Shown: piece after piece, positions 24,263-33,391 of the stretch
Layout of the letters: each line of letters starts with the position of its first letter
Position numbering within the stretch: the first letter of the stretch is position 1
NCBI GenBank assembly: GCA_965202625.1
Contig: CBDBBI010000010.1
Span: 224,001 to 288,000, forward strand
DNA from: a bacterium
Lineage (GTDB): Bacteria > UBA8248
Reading direction: 5' to 3'
Length of the DNA stretch: 64,000 bases
Program-made: the position numbers and the translations under genes
The notes under the pieces: generated by a model
Database searches by the model: none
The model's input: the letters and a program-made list of their open reading frames with translations, nothing else
What the model was told of the DNA's origin: nothing

Positions 24263-26025
24263 GGGCGCCTCTCCGCACCGCCGAGCAGCTCGTGCCTGAG
24301 AATGCGCACGAGCTCCGCGGAAAGCTGGGAGAGATCCTCCACCACGATGTGGTTGGGGTAGATTTGCTCGACGAATGGGTCGACCACGCCAACGCCGATG
24401 ACGCGGACGCCCAGCTTGTGCATCCGGTTCACCGCGCCCACGAGGTGGGTCGCGTCCCCGTTGGGCTGGCCGTCCGAGGTGATGATGATGATTTTTTCCT
24501 CCTCGGGCCGCTGGATGAGCCTTCGGTAGGCGAACAGGAGATGTTCCTCGTCCCAGTTGTTGAAGCGCGGATAAATGTTGACGAGGCGATTTTTGACCTG
24601 CGAGAAAGCGTCATCGAATCCCTTGTAGATGCGGTGCTGCAGGGGGGAGTGTCGAATGTGCCGGAACTTGAACGCGGGGATGTGGCCCAGGGCGGCCGCC
24701 ATCGCGGCTTCTGAACTCTCGGTGGAATAGCCGATCACCTCAAAGGGCACGTCCAGGCGATTCAGAACTTCCGCGAAAAATATGGTCGCCTCTCTCGCTG
24801 CGACGTATTTTGATTCGCGATTCATGCTGCCGCTCTCATCCACGAGCAGCGTGAAGCAGACGTCGAGCTTCTCCGGTTCTTCCTTTCGGTGAAAAAGATG
24901 AAACTTCCCCAAGCGCTGCTTCCAGAGTTTCGGGACGTTCAGCTTGCCGGAGCGATGGGCGCCGCTGAAGCGGGTATAGGTTCTCTCGTGAATGATCTGG
25001 GTGAGCTTCCATACCAGCACCTTGATGTGGCTGCCCGCGTTGTCCATGATCGCCGCGTATTCCTCGGCCTTGCCCTCGGGCGGCAATATGATGGTGCGCT
25101 CATCGGGATGCCGCGCCGTCGGATGCACCTCCTTCCCGTGTCCCTCGCGCTCGAACCACGGAGCGGCCCAGCGCCCCATGGCGGCGAGCTCCTCCGGCGT
25201 CAGCTCGACCTGTTCGCCTTCCTCCCCGTCGATTTCCTCGAGCGCCTCCGCGTGAAGCGCCTCGAGCGTCTCGTCCTCTTCTCCCTCCATGCTTTGGCTC
25301 TCGATTTTCTCGAGAATCTCGTCGGGAATCTCGGAGAGTTGTTCATAATTGCTCATCTCGCTTCGCTGCGCTTCGGTGAAATATCGTTGAATGGCGTCAT
25401 AGACCTCATGCGCGCAGTCGAAGGCGGCCTTCGGGCTGCGGCCGGCACACCCCCGAACCACCAGGGGGGCGATTCGTTGAAGGATTTGCGCGACGACGGG
25501 GTCGAGCCAGGCGGAGGGCAAGTCTCCGGGCCTTGAGGAGGCGACGCCGGGCGTTTGTCCGACGCCGGCGAGATAGATTCCCCACTGAATCTGTAGAAAC
25601 AGGGGGAGCTCTCCGCGCGCGTGGGTGCCCTCGGCGGACTCAATCGCCGGACGAACGAAGGCGCGAAAGTTTTTCTTCGTGCCGGGCAGCGATTCGGCGA
25701 GGCGGTTTTCGCACCTCGCGTCCTCTATCACGCGCCAGAGGAGAAAAAGCCCCGGTCTTTCACGGTTGGCGCGCGCGGCGCGTCCCGCCCAGCAAAGCGT
25801 ACCCTGGAGTCTGTGGGCCGCCTCGATGAGCGTCATGCCCTTTTGGTATCTCAGGACGCACTCGTCTTCTAACTCGCCGCCCAGGCGCGCCAGGGTTTGT
25901 TCCGGGTCTTCGAGGTGGATGGCGTCGTTCCCGGCCTTCGTCTGGGAGCCGAAGAGCAGGGCGAGGTCGTAATCGTGCGTCGTGACCTGCGCAAGTGCCT
26001 CCAGACGGGCGCGTCGGTGCTCCAT
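24256..26025 (-). CDS. vWA (MIDAS) domain protein, CobT/NorD/CbbO-like partner of the AAA+ ATPase
   Basis: N-terminal WRVIEDARCE, acidic linker, SGKLN, MIDAS LVDESGSM and IITSDGQP. Confidence 0.85.
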   Translation of the reverse strand: MEHRRARLEALAQVTTHDYDLALLFGSQTKAGNDAIHLEDPEQTLARLGGELEDECVLRYQKGMTLIEAAHRLQGTLCWAGRAARANRERPGLFLLWRVIEDARCENRLAESLPGTKKNFRAFVRPAIESAEGTHARGELPLFLQIQWGIYLAGVGQTPGVASSRPGDLPSAWLDPVVAQILQRIAPLVVRGCAGRSPKAAFDCAHEVYDAIQRYFTEAQRSEMSNYEQLSEIPDEILEKIESQSMEGEEDETLEALHAEALEEIDGEEGEQVELTPEELAAMGRWAAPWFEREGHGKEVHPTARHPDERTIILPPEGKAEEYAAIMDNAGSHIKVLVWKLTQIIHERTYTRFSGAHRSGKLNVPKLWKQRLGKFHLFHRKEEPEKLDVCFTLLVDESGSMNRESKYVAAREATIFFAEVLNRLDVPFEVIGYSTESSEAAMAAALGHIPAFKFRHIRHSPLQHRIYKGFDDAFSQVKNRLVNIYPRFNNWDEEHLLFAYRRLIQRPEEEKIIIITSDGQPNGDATHLVGAVNRMHKLGVRVIGVGVVDPFVEQIYPNHIVVEDLSQLSAELVRILRHELLGGAERRPW

Positions 26026-26039
26026 GCCCCATCCTCCGG

Positions 26040-26924
26040 CTAGAAGTGGTTGTCTACGATGTCCTCAAGCACTTTGGCGTCGAAAGAGTTCACCTTGCTG
26101 AAGATGGTGGAGACGGCGGCCTCCATGGGGCTGAACCGCGCCGCCATTCGCGCCCAGTCTATCAGGCGGCGGGTGCTGAACGTGCAAAATACCTTTTCGT
26201 TTCTCATGGCCTCGCGCACGTCGTGGCCCACGCGCACCATGCGCTGGACGAGCTCCTCGTCGTGATTTCCGCTTTGCCGCATGATGACCTCGACTTCGGC
26301 CTCAAAGGGCAGGTAGTCCATTCGCACGCTGACCGGAAAGCGATCCAGAAGCGCCTCGTTCAGTGGCTTCGTGCCGCCGTATCTGCGGTCCTCGTGCGGG
26401 TTCATGCTGGCGAAGAGCCTGAAGCCCGGATGCGGCCTGACGATGCGGCCGTCATACTCCGACAGGACGATCATGCGATCGTCGTCAAGAAGGCTGTGCA
26501 GACAAAAGGCGATTTCGGGCAGACATGCGTTGATCTCGTCGATGAGCAGCCAGTCGCCCGATTCCATCGCGTCCACGAGAATGCCGTTCACCCAGTAGGT
26601 GCCCTGTTCGTTGATCATGAGCTTGCCGACGAACTCATCGACCGTGGTCATGCCGTTGAGGTTCACGCGCCTGAAGCCGTTGTTCGTCATGTGCGCGAGG
26701 TGCCGCACCGAGAGCGTTTTGCCGACTCCGGTCTCTCCCACGAGGAGGACGGGCAGGTTCTGGCTCACCGCCCACGCGATGCGCTCCAGCCCATCGCCGC
26801 CGGCCAGATAAAACTGCCCTGGCGGGACGAAGGAATTCCCGTTCGATTCATTGACGGGGATGACGCTGCGCCCGATGCGGTAGGCGCCGTTCTCCACCGT
26901 TTCGGTCAAAATTTCGGGGCTCAA
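26040..26924 (-). CDS. MoxR-clade AAA+ ATPase, CbbQ/NirQ/NorQ type
   Basis: Walker A GETGVGKT, Walker B LLIDEIN, FASMNP, ALLDRF and STRRL. Confidence 0.9.
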   Translation of the reverse strand: MSPEILTETVENGAYRIGRSVIPVNESNGNSFVPPGQFYLAGGDGLERIAWAVSQNLPVLLVGETGVGKTLSVRHLAHMTNNGFRRVNLNGMTTVDEFVGKLMINEQGTYWVNGILVDAMESGDWLLIDEINACLPEIAFCLHSLLDDDRMIVLSEYDGRIVRPHPGFRLFASMNPHEDRRYGGTKPLNEALLDRFPVSVRMDYLPFEAEVEVIMRQSGNHDEELVQRMVRVGHDVREAMRNEKVFCTFSTRRLIDWARMAARFSPMEAAVSTIFSKVNSFDAKVLEDIVDNHF

Positions 26925-27778
26925 TTCGCATACTCCAAGGCTGAATGCGCACCGAACAGGAACGCCATGACCGCCTCAAGCGCGCCGCCGCCGACCGCGC
27001 GCGATTTGTCGGATATCGTCGTGCAGTGGGAAGGATCGGCCCTCGGGTCCACGTCGCCCACCTTGAAGCCGGCGCACACCTCGATGCCGTCTCTGATGAT
27101 GCCGCGCAAAACGCCGTCAACGCGCGCGGTCACCTCCGCCCCATCCACCCGCGCAACGACCTGGCCCGCCCGCACCACGTCTCCCATTTTGGCGATGGAC
27201 GTGAACGCGCCGGCCTGGGGGGCGCGCAGCAGGCGCTCGGTGGTGTAGCCCGCGATGGCGCCCGGCACGCCCGTGTCGGGTTTCGCCGCCCCGTCAAGGA
27301 TCACCCGGCCCAGGTCGTGCCCCCGGGCCGTCTCGATGACGGCGTGGCAATCCACGCCCGCGGTGAAACCGGGCCCCAGCCCGACGACGACGTCGGCGTC
27401 GGCCATGCGCGTGCCGAGGTTTCGCTTCGCCAGAATCGCGTCGATCAGGACGACGGGCCGGAGGCGGGGGATCGACTCGGCGCGCGGGTCCGCCATCACC
27501 GGAATGGAGCCCGCCTCAAGCGACGCGCGCGCGTTCGCTATTTTCTCCTCAATGGTCTCTCCGTCCGCTCTGGCGGACCGCACGCCCTCCACCTCCCATG
27601 CGCCGACGTAGAGGCACTCGGCGAAGGAGACGGCGCGCCTCACCATGGTGGGGTTCTCGATTTCCGTTATCATGACCGGAAAGCCCGAGCGGTGCAGACG
27701 GTGGGCCACGCCGGTGGCGAGATCGCCGCCGCCCTTGACGATCACGAGCGTCTCGCAAATCGGCCTTTGCCCTCTCAT
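26921..27778 (-). CDS. yqeB: Selenium-dependent molybdenum hydroxylase system protein YqeB (EF2563 family)
   Basis: VKGGGDLATGVAHRL, VRRAVSF, DAILAKRNLGT, GLGPGFTAGVDCHAVIET.RGH.LG and KVGDVDPR...SDKSRAVGGG. Confidence 0.92.
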   Translation of the reverse strand: MRGQRPICETLVIVKGGGDLATGVAHRLHRSGFPVMITEIENPTMVRRAVSFAECLYVGAWEVEGVRSARADGETIEEKIANARASLEAGSIPVMADPRAESIPRLRPVVLIDAILAKRNLGTRMADADVVVGLGPGFTAGVDCHAVIETARGHDLGRVILDGAAKPDTGVPGAIAGYTTERLLRAPQAGAFTSIAKMGDVVRAGQVVARVDGAEVTARVDGVLRGIIRDGIEVCAGFKVGDVDPRADPSHCTTISDKSRAVGGGALEAVMAFLFGAHSALEYAN

Positions 27779-28176
27779 GGCGTCTCGTCTTCCACGAAGG
27801 CGACGGCGTCGATCTCGATGAGCCATTCGGGTTTCGCCAGCCCGCTCACGATCAAAAGCGTGCTCGCCGGATAGGGCGCGCTGAAATAATTTTGCCGCAC
27901 TTCCGTGCTTCCCGGAAAATTCGCCCGATCCGTGAGGTAGACGGTGAGGCGGATGACGTCCTCCATTCCGGCGCCCGCCGCCTCGAGTGCCGCCTTGATG
28001 TTCTCATATACCTGCCGGGCCTGTGCCTTGACGTCATCCCCCCCGACGGTGCGGCCCTCCACGTCGGTCGCCACCTGGCCCGCCAGCAGGATGAGATGCC
28101 CGTTCGATACCTTCCAGCCCGTGGAATACGCGGCTACGGGCCTGACCTTCTCCGTGTCAATCTGTCGTTTTCCCAT
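27775..28176 (-). CDS. RidA/YjgF/UK114 family protein
   Basis: AYS, LAGQV, YFSAPYPASTLLIVSGLAKPEWLIEIDAVA. The C-terminal Arg is replaced by Ser (PAS), so it is not canonical RidA. Confidence 0.85.
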   Translation of the reverse strand: MGKRQIDTEKVRPVAAYSTGWKVSNGHLILLAGQVATDVEGRTVGGDDVKAQARQVYENIKAALEAAGAGMEDVIRLTVYLTDRANFPGSTEVRQNYFSAPYPASTLLIVSGLAKPEWLIEIDAVAFVEDETP

Positions 28177-28336
28177 GGAGTTTCCCTCCGACGCCTCATC
28201 GAAAAGAATCGTCCCTTCCCTGAAAACGAGAATCTAGCACGGGGGCGAAACTCCAGGCAACGCGAACGAACGATGTGGGGTTCCGTATTTCCATCATCTG
28301 GCGCATGGGAAGGATCGCGAGGTTGGGGAATCACAA

Positions 28337-29503
28337 TCACCCATCCAGCAAATTCCGGGCGATGACCATGCGTTGAATCTGGTTGGTTCCCTCGATGATT
28401 TGCAGTTGCTTGGCGTCGCGCATGAAACGCTCCAGCGGGTAGTCCTTCATATAGCCCGCCTCGCCGAGCACCTGAATCCCGTTCACGGCGGCTCGCATGG
28501 CGACGTCGGTGGCGTAGCATTTCGCGGCGCACATGAAGTGCGCTCTCTCTTTTTGGTAAGCGCCGTTATCCACCATGGCGGCGGCGCGGTAAACGAGCAG
28601 ACGCGCCGCTTCGATTTCCATGAACGCATCGGCGAGAATGAACTGGACGGCCTGGAGTCGGCTGATCGGCTCTCCGAAAGCCTCGCGCTCTTTCGCATAT
28701 TGGGACGCGCAGTCCAGACACCCTTGCGCCAGGCCCACGGCCCTGGCACCGATGGCGGGCCGGGCCTGGTTGAAGCCGAGCATGGCGGTCTTGAACCCCT
28801 CCGCGCGTTCGCCAATCATGTTTTCCAGAGGCACGCGGGCGTTCTCCAGAAATATCTCGCAGGTGGGAATTCCCCGCATCCCCATCTTTCTCTCCCGTCG
28901 GCCCACCCGAAACTCCCCCTTGGGGACGATAAAGAGAGAGATGCCCCTCGCCCCCTTATCAGGTTCGGTCTTCGCCGCCACGACGATGAAATCGGCGACG
29001 CTCGCACCGGTGCAGTAGCACTTCTGGCCGTTGATGCGCCACGAATCTCCATCCCGCGTCGCCCTCGTCAATATGCGCGCGGCGTCGGAACCCGCATGCG
29101 GCTCGGTGAGGGAGAAGGCGGGCCGCATCTCGCCGCGCGCGACGCCGGCCAGATAGCGGTTTTTCTGCGCCTCGGTTCCGCCGATGGCGATGGGGCGCGT
29201 GGCGAGCAGGTGGACGGAGAGGAAGAGGGGGGAGTTCGAGCAGAAGCGCGCCATCTCCTCAATGGCGACGCACGTCTCCAGAATTCCGAGGCCTGCCCCG
29301 CCATACGCCTCGGGAACGTAGAGGCCGAGCAGTGCGCGGGATTTCAGAATCTGAAAAATATCTTCGGGATATTCGTCGTTCTCGTCAATTTCACCCGCGC
29401 GGGGGGCGATGTGGCGGCGGCTGAGTTCGCGCACCGACTCCCCCAGCTTCCGCTGGGCTTCGGTGAGAGCGAACGCGCCCGCGGAATCCGTTTCTTCCCC
29501 CAC
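28337..29503 (-). CDS. Acyl-CoA dehydrogenase, copy 2
   Basis: LTEPHAGSDA, NGQKCYCT, KMGMRG, REAFG and catalytic Glu in QIIEGTNQIQR. Confidence 0.93.
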   Translation of the reverse strand: MGEETDSAGAFALTEAQRKLGESVRELSRRHIAPRAGEIDENDEYPEDIFQILKSRALLGLYVPEAYGGAGLGILETCVAIEEMARFCSNSPLFLSVHLLATRPIAIGGTEAQKNRYLAGVARGEMRPAFSLTEPHAGSDAARILTRATRDGDSWRINGQKCYCTGASVADFIVVAAKTEPDKGARGISLFIVPKGEFRVGRRERKMGMRGIPTCEIFLENARVPLENMIGERAEGFKTAMLGFNQARPAIGARAVGLAQGCLDCASQYAKEREAFGEPISRLQAVQFILADAFMEIEAARLLVYRAAAMVDNGAYQKERAHFMCAAKCYATDVAMRAAVNGIQVLGEAGYMKDYPLERFMRDAKQLQIIEGTNQIQRMVIARNLLDG

Positions 29504-29518
29504 CGCCGGACCCGCTCC

Positions 29519-30691
29519 CTAGAGGTCGAGCAGGTTGCGAGCGATGATCATCCGTTGAATCTGGCTCGTCCCCTCGACGATCTGGATTTGCTTGGCGTCG
29601 CGCATGAAACGCTCCAGCGGGTGGTCCTTCATATAGCCCGCTCCGCCCAGGACCTGAATGCTGTCTATCGCGCACTTCATCGCCATGTCGGCCGCATAGG
29701 TTTTCGCCGTTGAGAAATATCGGGCGTTTTCCTTGCCGATTTGTCCCGCGTCCACGAGAGAGGCCGCGCGATAGACGAGCAGCCGCGAGGCCTCGATGTC
29801 CATGAACATGTCGGCGAGCATGAACTGAACGGCCTGGTGCCGGGCGATCGGTTTTCCGAAGGCTTCACGCTCTTTGGCGTAGTTGGCAGCGTAGTCGAGG
29901 CACCCCTGGGCGAGGCCCACCGCGCGCGCACCGATGGCGGGCCGCATCTGGTTGAACCCGAGCATCGCGGACTTGAACCCCTGGTTCAGCGCGCCGATTT
30001 GATTCTCCAGCGGGACGGCCACGTTGTCGAAGCGGATCATGCAGGTCGAGACGCCCCGCATCCCCATCTTGCGCTCGTGCTTGTCGATGCTGAAGCCCGG
30101 CGCGTCCGTGGGGACGACGTAGTAGGTGATGCCCCGCGTGCCCGCGTTGGGGTCGGTCTTGGCGGCGACGGTGATGAAGTCCGCTTTGTCGGGCCCCGTG
30201 CAGTAGCATTTCACGCCGTTGATGACCCATTCGCCGCCCTCCTTGACGGCGCGCGTGCGGATGTTTCCGGCGTCGGAGCCCGCGTGGGGTTCCGTAAGAG
30301 CGTAGGCACCGCGCAGCTCTCCTTTCGCGAGGCCCGACATGTAATGGTTTTTCTGCTCCTGCGTGCCGCTCAGGTCGATGACGCGGCTCGACAGCATGTT
30401 GAGCACGATGAAAAGGGGAGAGTTCGAGCAGAAGCGCGCGATTTCCTCAATCGCGACGCAACCGCCTAAAAAGCCCATTCCGCCGCCGCCGTATTCCTCG
30501 GGAAAGAATATGCCGAGGAGACCGTGGTCCTTTTGCATCTGGTAGATGTCTTCGGGGTATTCTTCGCTCTCGTCAATTTCGGCGGCGCGCGGGGCGACGT
30601 GACGCTCGGCGAGTTCGCGGACCGTCCGGCGGAGCATCTTTTGCGTATCGTCCAGGTCGAATGGAAGCGTGGATTCCGTTTGCAGGCTCAT
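29519..30691 (-). CDS. Acyl-CoA dehydrogenase, copy 1
   Basis: Same motifs, with QIVEGTSQIQR. Likely ATG at 30691. Confidence 0.93.
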   Translation of the reverse strand: MSLQTESTLPFDLDDTQKMLRRTVRELAERHVAPRAAEIDESEEYPEDIYQMQKDHGLLGIFFPEEYGGGGMGFLGGCVAIEEIARFCSNSPLFIVLNMLSSRVIDLSGTQEQKNHYMSGLAKGELRGAYALTEPHAGSDAGNIRTRAVKEGGEWVINGVKCYCTGPDKADFITVAAKTDPNAGTRGITYYVVPTDAPGFSIDKHERKMGMRGVSTCMIRFDNVAVPLENQIGALNQGFKSAMLGFNQMRPAIGARAVGLAQGCLDYAANYAKEREAFGKPIARHQAVQFMLADMFMDIEASRLLVYRAASLVDAGQIGKENARYFSTAKTYAADMAMKCAIDSIQVLGGAGYMKDHPLERFMRDAKQIQIVEGTSQIQRMIIARNLLDL

Positions 30692-30869
30692 CTCGCGGCT
30701 CCAGAGGTTTCGTTCACATTTGGAGTGCATTCTCGTTGCTTTTCCATCCATCATCTATTTCGCGGCGATTGCGTGTCAACGCCCCCGGATGAATAATGTC
30801 CTCCCCCCTCGGCTGTCGGTCCAAGCGAGCGGGCGCTTTCCGGCCCCGCTCCTGGAGGAATTATCGAGA

Positions 30870-32042
30870 ATGGATATCATCATCCGCGGTGGATACGTCG
30901 TCGATCCGTCCCAGGGTTTGGAAGGGACGCTGGACGTGGAAATCGCCGGCGGCCGCGTGCAGCGGGTGGCGCCCCGCATTGAGCCGGAGGGCAGGCGGAC
31001 GCTGAACGCCAGAGGAAAAATCGTCACCCCAGGGCTGGTGGACCTTCACTGCCACTTCTATGAGGGCATCACGCATTACGGCGTGAACCTCGAGGCGGCG
31101 ATGCTCTCGCGCGGGGTGACGACGGCGGTGGACACGGGAAGCGCCGGCGCGCGGACGTATCCGAGCTTTCAAAAATGGTTTCTGGAGAAGGCACGGCCCA
31201 TGGTTCGCGCCTATCTGAACATTTCCGAGGGAGGGCTTTTGATCGACGGCCTGGGCGAGAACGTGGACATGCGCGCGCTGCGGGTGGACAGGGCGGTGGA
31301 GTGCTATCAGGCGAATCGAAAATATCTCATCGGCATGAAGGTGCGCCTGAGCGACAACGTGGTGGAGCGCAGCGGCTCAAGGCCTCTGGACGCGGCACTT
31401 GAGGCGGCGCGGTTTCTGAAAGTCCCCCTCATGGCACACGTGGGAGATACGCCGTCCTCCCTGCCCAGCATTCTCAAGCGCCTTCGCCCGGGAGACGTGC
31501 TCACGCACGCGTTTCACGGCCGGGGGGAGAACATACTCGACAAAAGGGGCAAGGTGCGCCGCGCCGTTTGGGAGGCGAGAGACGCGGGCGTGCTGCTCGA
31601 CGTCGCCCACGGGCGCGCGAGCTTCAGCTTCGAGGTTTTGGAGAGGGCCATGGCCCAGGGACTGATGCCGGGAAATCTCAGCACGGACCTTCACGCGCAT
31701 TGCGTTCACGGGCCCGTTTATGATTTTCCGAACCTGATGAGCAAGTTTCTCGCCCTCGGGTTTCCCCTCTCGGAGGTGGTGCGCCTCAGCACGCAAACGG
31801 CGGCGGAGTGGATTGGCCTGAAGGGGGAGGCGGGAACGCTGAAGAGAGGCGCTCGAGGGGATGTGGCCGTGTTTCGGATGAAGGAGGGCAGGTTTGCGTT
31901 TGAAGACTCTCTGGGGGCGCGGCGCGCGGGGGATCGAATGCTTGAGGCGACGCACGTGGTCCTGGGCGGCAGGCTCTTGCGGCCGTCGGGGCCGGAGAAG
32001 CGCCGACTCACCGAGGTGGGGAAGGCGCGGAGAATGTCGTAA
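30870..32042 (+). CDS. Amidohydrolase/deacetylase family metallohydrolase (EF_0837 / dihydroorotase-like)
   Basis: PGLVDLHCH, GVTTAVDTGSAG, MKVR, MAHVG, LTHAFHG, DVAHG and STDLH. Confidence 0.85.
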   Translation: MDIIIRGGYVVDPSQGLEGTLDVEIAGGRVQRVAPRIEPEGRRTLNARGKIVTPGLVDLHCHFYEGITHYGVNLEAAMLSRGVTTAVDTGSAGARTYPSFQKWFLEKARPMVRAYLNISEGGLLIDGLGENVDMRALRVDRAVECYQANRKYLIGMKVRLSDNVVERSGSRPLDAALEAARFLKVPLMAHVGDTPSSLPSILKRLRPGDVLTHAFHGRGENILDKRGKVRRAVWEARDAGVLLDVAHGRASFSFEVLERAMAQGLMPGNLSTDLHAHCVHGPVYDFPNLMSKFLALGFPLSEVVRLSTQTAAEWIGLKGEAGTLKRGARGDVAVFRMKEGRFAFEDSLGARRAGDRMLEATHVVLGGRLLRPSGPEKRRLTEVGKARRMS

Positions 32043-32070
32043 TGCGTTCTGGGAATTTCCGCCCCGGAGG

Positions 32071-32099
32071 TTGACGCTTCGGGCTTGCCGAATTATGGT
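32071..32099 (+). promoter_or_regulatory. sigma70 promoter for the leader-aroF transcript
   Basis: TTGACG-17 nt-TATGGT. Confidence 0.6.
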
Positions 32100-32168
32100 C
32101 TCCCCCCCTTTTGAGGAGAGGCTGGAGAGGAAATCGGGGTTTTTGTAGAGGAGCCAAAGGACAGCGTG

Positions 32169-32246
32169 ATGCGGGCGATGCGGGGATTGGTCGGCGGGTA
32201 TTTCTTTTTCGGCTTTATCACCGTCCGTCCGCCTGCCGTTTTATAA
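32169..32246 (+). CDS. Phe/Tyr-rich attenuator leader peptide MRAMRGLVGGYFFFGFITVRPPAVL
   Basis: 25-codon ORF with AAGGA RBS and a YFFFGF cluster, immediately upstream of alternative hairpins and DAHP synthase. Confidence 0.85.
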   Translation: MRAMRGLVGGYFFFGFITVRPPAVL

Positions 32247-32330
32247 AAAAAAAGACGGCGGCGGACGGACAGCCCGCCGCGAACAGATAGCAGAAACGTT
32301 CGCCGTGGGTCGCCTCACGGCGATTTTTTT
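32223..32330 (+). promoter_or_regulatory. Transcription attenuator (1:2 pause, 2:3 antiterminator, 3:4 terminator)
   Basis: 1:2 is GTCCGTCCGCC(T)GCCGTTTT with AAAGACGGCGGCGGACGGAC. 2:3 is GCGGCGGACG with CGTTCGCCGT (10 bp including GU). 3:4 is TCGCCGTGGG-TCGC-CTCACGGCGA followed by T7. Confidence 0.85.
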
Positions 32331-32370
32331 AGAATGGCGCGGGACGTCCCGCCTGGGAAGGAGATCGGAT

Positions 32371-33390
32371 TTGATTATCGTGATGAAACAAAGCGCCACT
32401 GAGGATGAGATACGAAGCGCCGTCAGAAGCATCAACGAACTCGGCTACAAAGAGCATGTGATGAAGGGGGTGGAGCGCACGGTGATTGGCGCCATCGGGG
32501 ATGAGCGCGGGAAATACATGCTGGAGTCGCTCGCCTCGCTGAATGGCGTGGAAAACGTGATGCCCATCTTGAAGCCTTTCAAACTGGCGAGCGCGGAGGG
32601 CAGGAGCGATCGCAGCCAGTTGCCGATGGGCGAGGGGGTGCGCATCGGCGGTGAGCGGCTCGTCGTTATTGGCGGGCCATGCTCGGTGGAGAGCAGGGAG
32701 CAGATCATAGAATCCGCTGAGGCGGTGAAGAGGGGCGGCGGCCACGTTCTGAGAGGAGGTGCCTATAAGCCGCGCACGTCGCCATACAGCTTTCAGGGCA
32801 TGGAGGAGGAGGGTCTCAAACTCCTCGCGGAGGCGCGCGAGAAGACGGGGCTTCCCATTCAGACGGAGGTGATGGATTCAGAGGACATAGAGGTGTGCTG
32901 CGCGTATGCGGACGTGCTCCAAATCGGCGCGCGCAACGTGCAGAATTTCTCTTTGCTGAAAAAGGTGGGCAAGACGAACAAAACCATTTTCCTCAAGCGC
33001 GGCATGTCCACGACGCTGGAGGAGCTTCTGATGTCGGCCGAATACGTCATGAGCCAGGGAAACCCGAACGTCGTGCTGTGCGAGAGGGGGATACGGACGT
33101 TCGAGACGTCTATGCGCAACACGTTGGACATCAGCGCCGTGCCCGCCCTCAAGGAGCAGACGCATTTGCCGGTCGTGGTGGACCCAAGCCATGCGGCGGG
33201 TGCCTGGCGGTTTGTCGGATCGCTGGCGAAGGCGGCCGTGGCCGTTGGGGCGGACGGCTTGATGCTCGAAATGCACCCCGCGCCCGAGAAGGCGATGAGC
33301 GATGGAGCGCAATCGCTCAGGCCGCAGAGGTTCGCCGCGTTGCTCCAGGAGCTGAAGGCGTTCGCAGAGGCCGCCGGACGCACCCTCTAA
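32371..33390 (+). CDS. aroF: DAHP synthase, type I-beta with N-terminal regulatory domain
   Basis: GVERTVIGAIGD, GPCSVES, GGAYKPRTSPYSFQG, QIGARN, LCERGIRTFE and DPSH. TTG start after AAGGAG. Confidence 0.95.
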   Translation: MIIVMKQSATEDEIRSAVRSINELGYKEHVMKGVERTVIGAIGDERGKYMLESLASLNGVENVMPILKPFKLASAEGRSDRSQLPMGEGVRIGGERLVVIGGPCSVESREQIIESAEAVKRGGGHVLRGGAYKPRTSPYSFQGMEEEGLKLLAEAREKTGLPIQTEVMDSEDIEVCCAYADVLQIGARNVQNFSLLKKVGKTNKTIFLKRGMSTTLEELLMSAEYVMSQGNPNVVLCERGIRTFETSMRNTLDISAVPALKEQTHLPVVVDPSHAAGAWRFVGSLAKAAVAVGADGLMLEMHPAPEKAMSDGAQSLRPQRFAALLQELKAFAEAAGRTL

Positions 33391-33391
33391 C

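Noticed and set aside
24256-26924. Cobaltochelatase CobS/CobT call
   Set aside because: There are no cobalamin genes nearby, the ATPase has CbbQ/NorQ-type C-terminal features, and the pair is embedded among Se/Mo accessory genes. It is not fully excluded without a phylogeny.
28337-30691. 3-sulfinopropionyl-CoA desulfinase or half-inactive heteromeric ACAD
   Set aside because: Both copies retain the catalytic Glu in the IxEGT motif.
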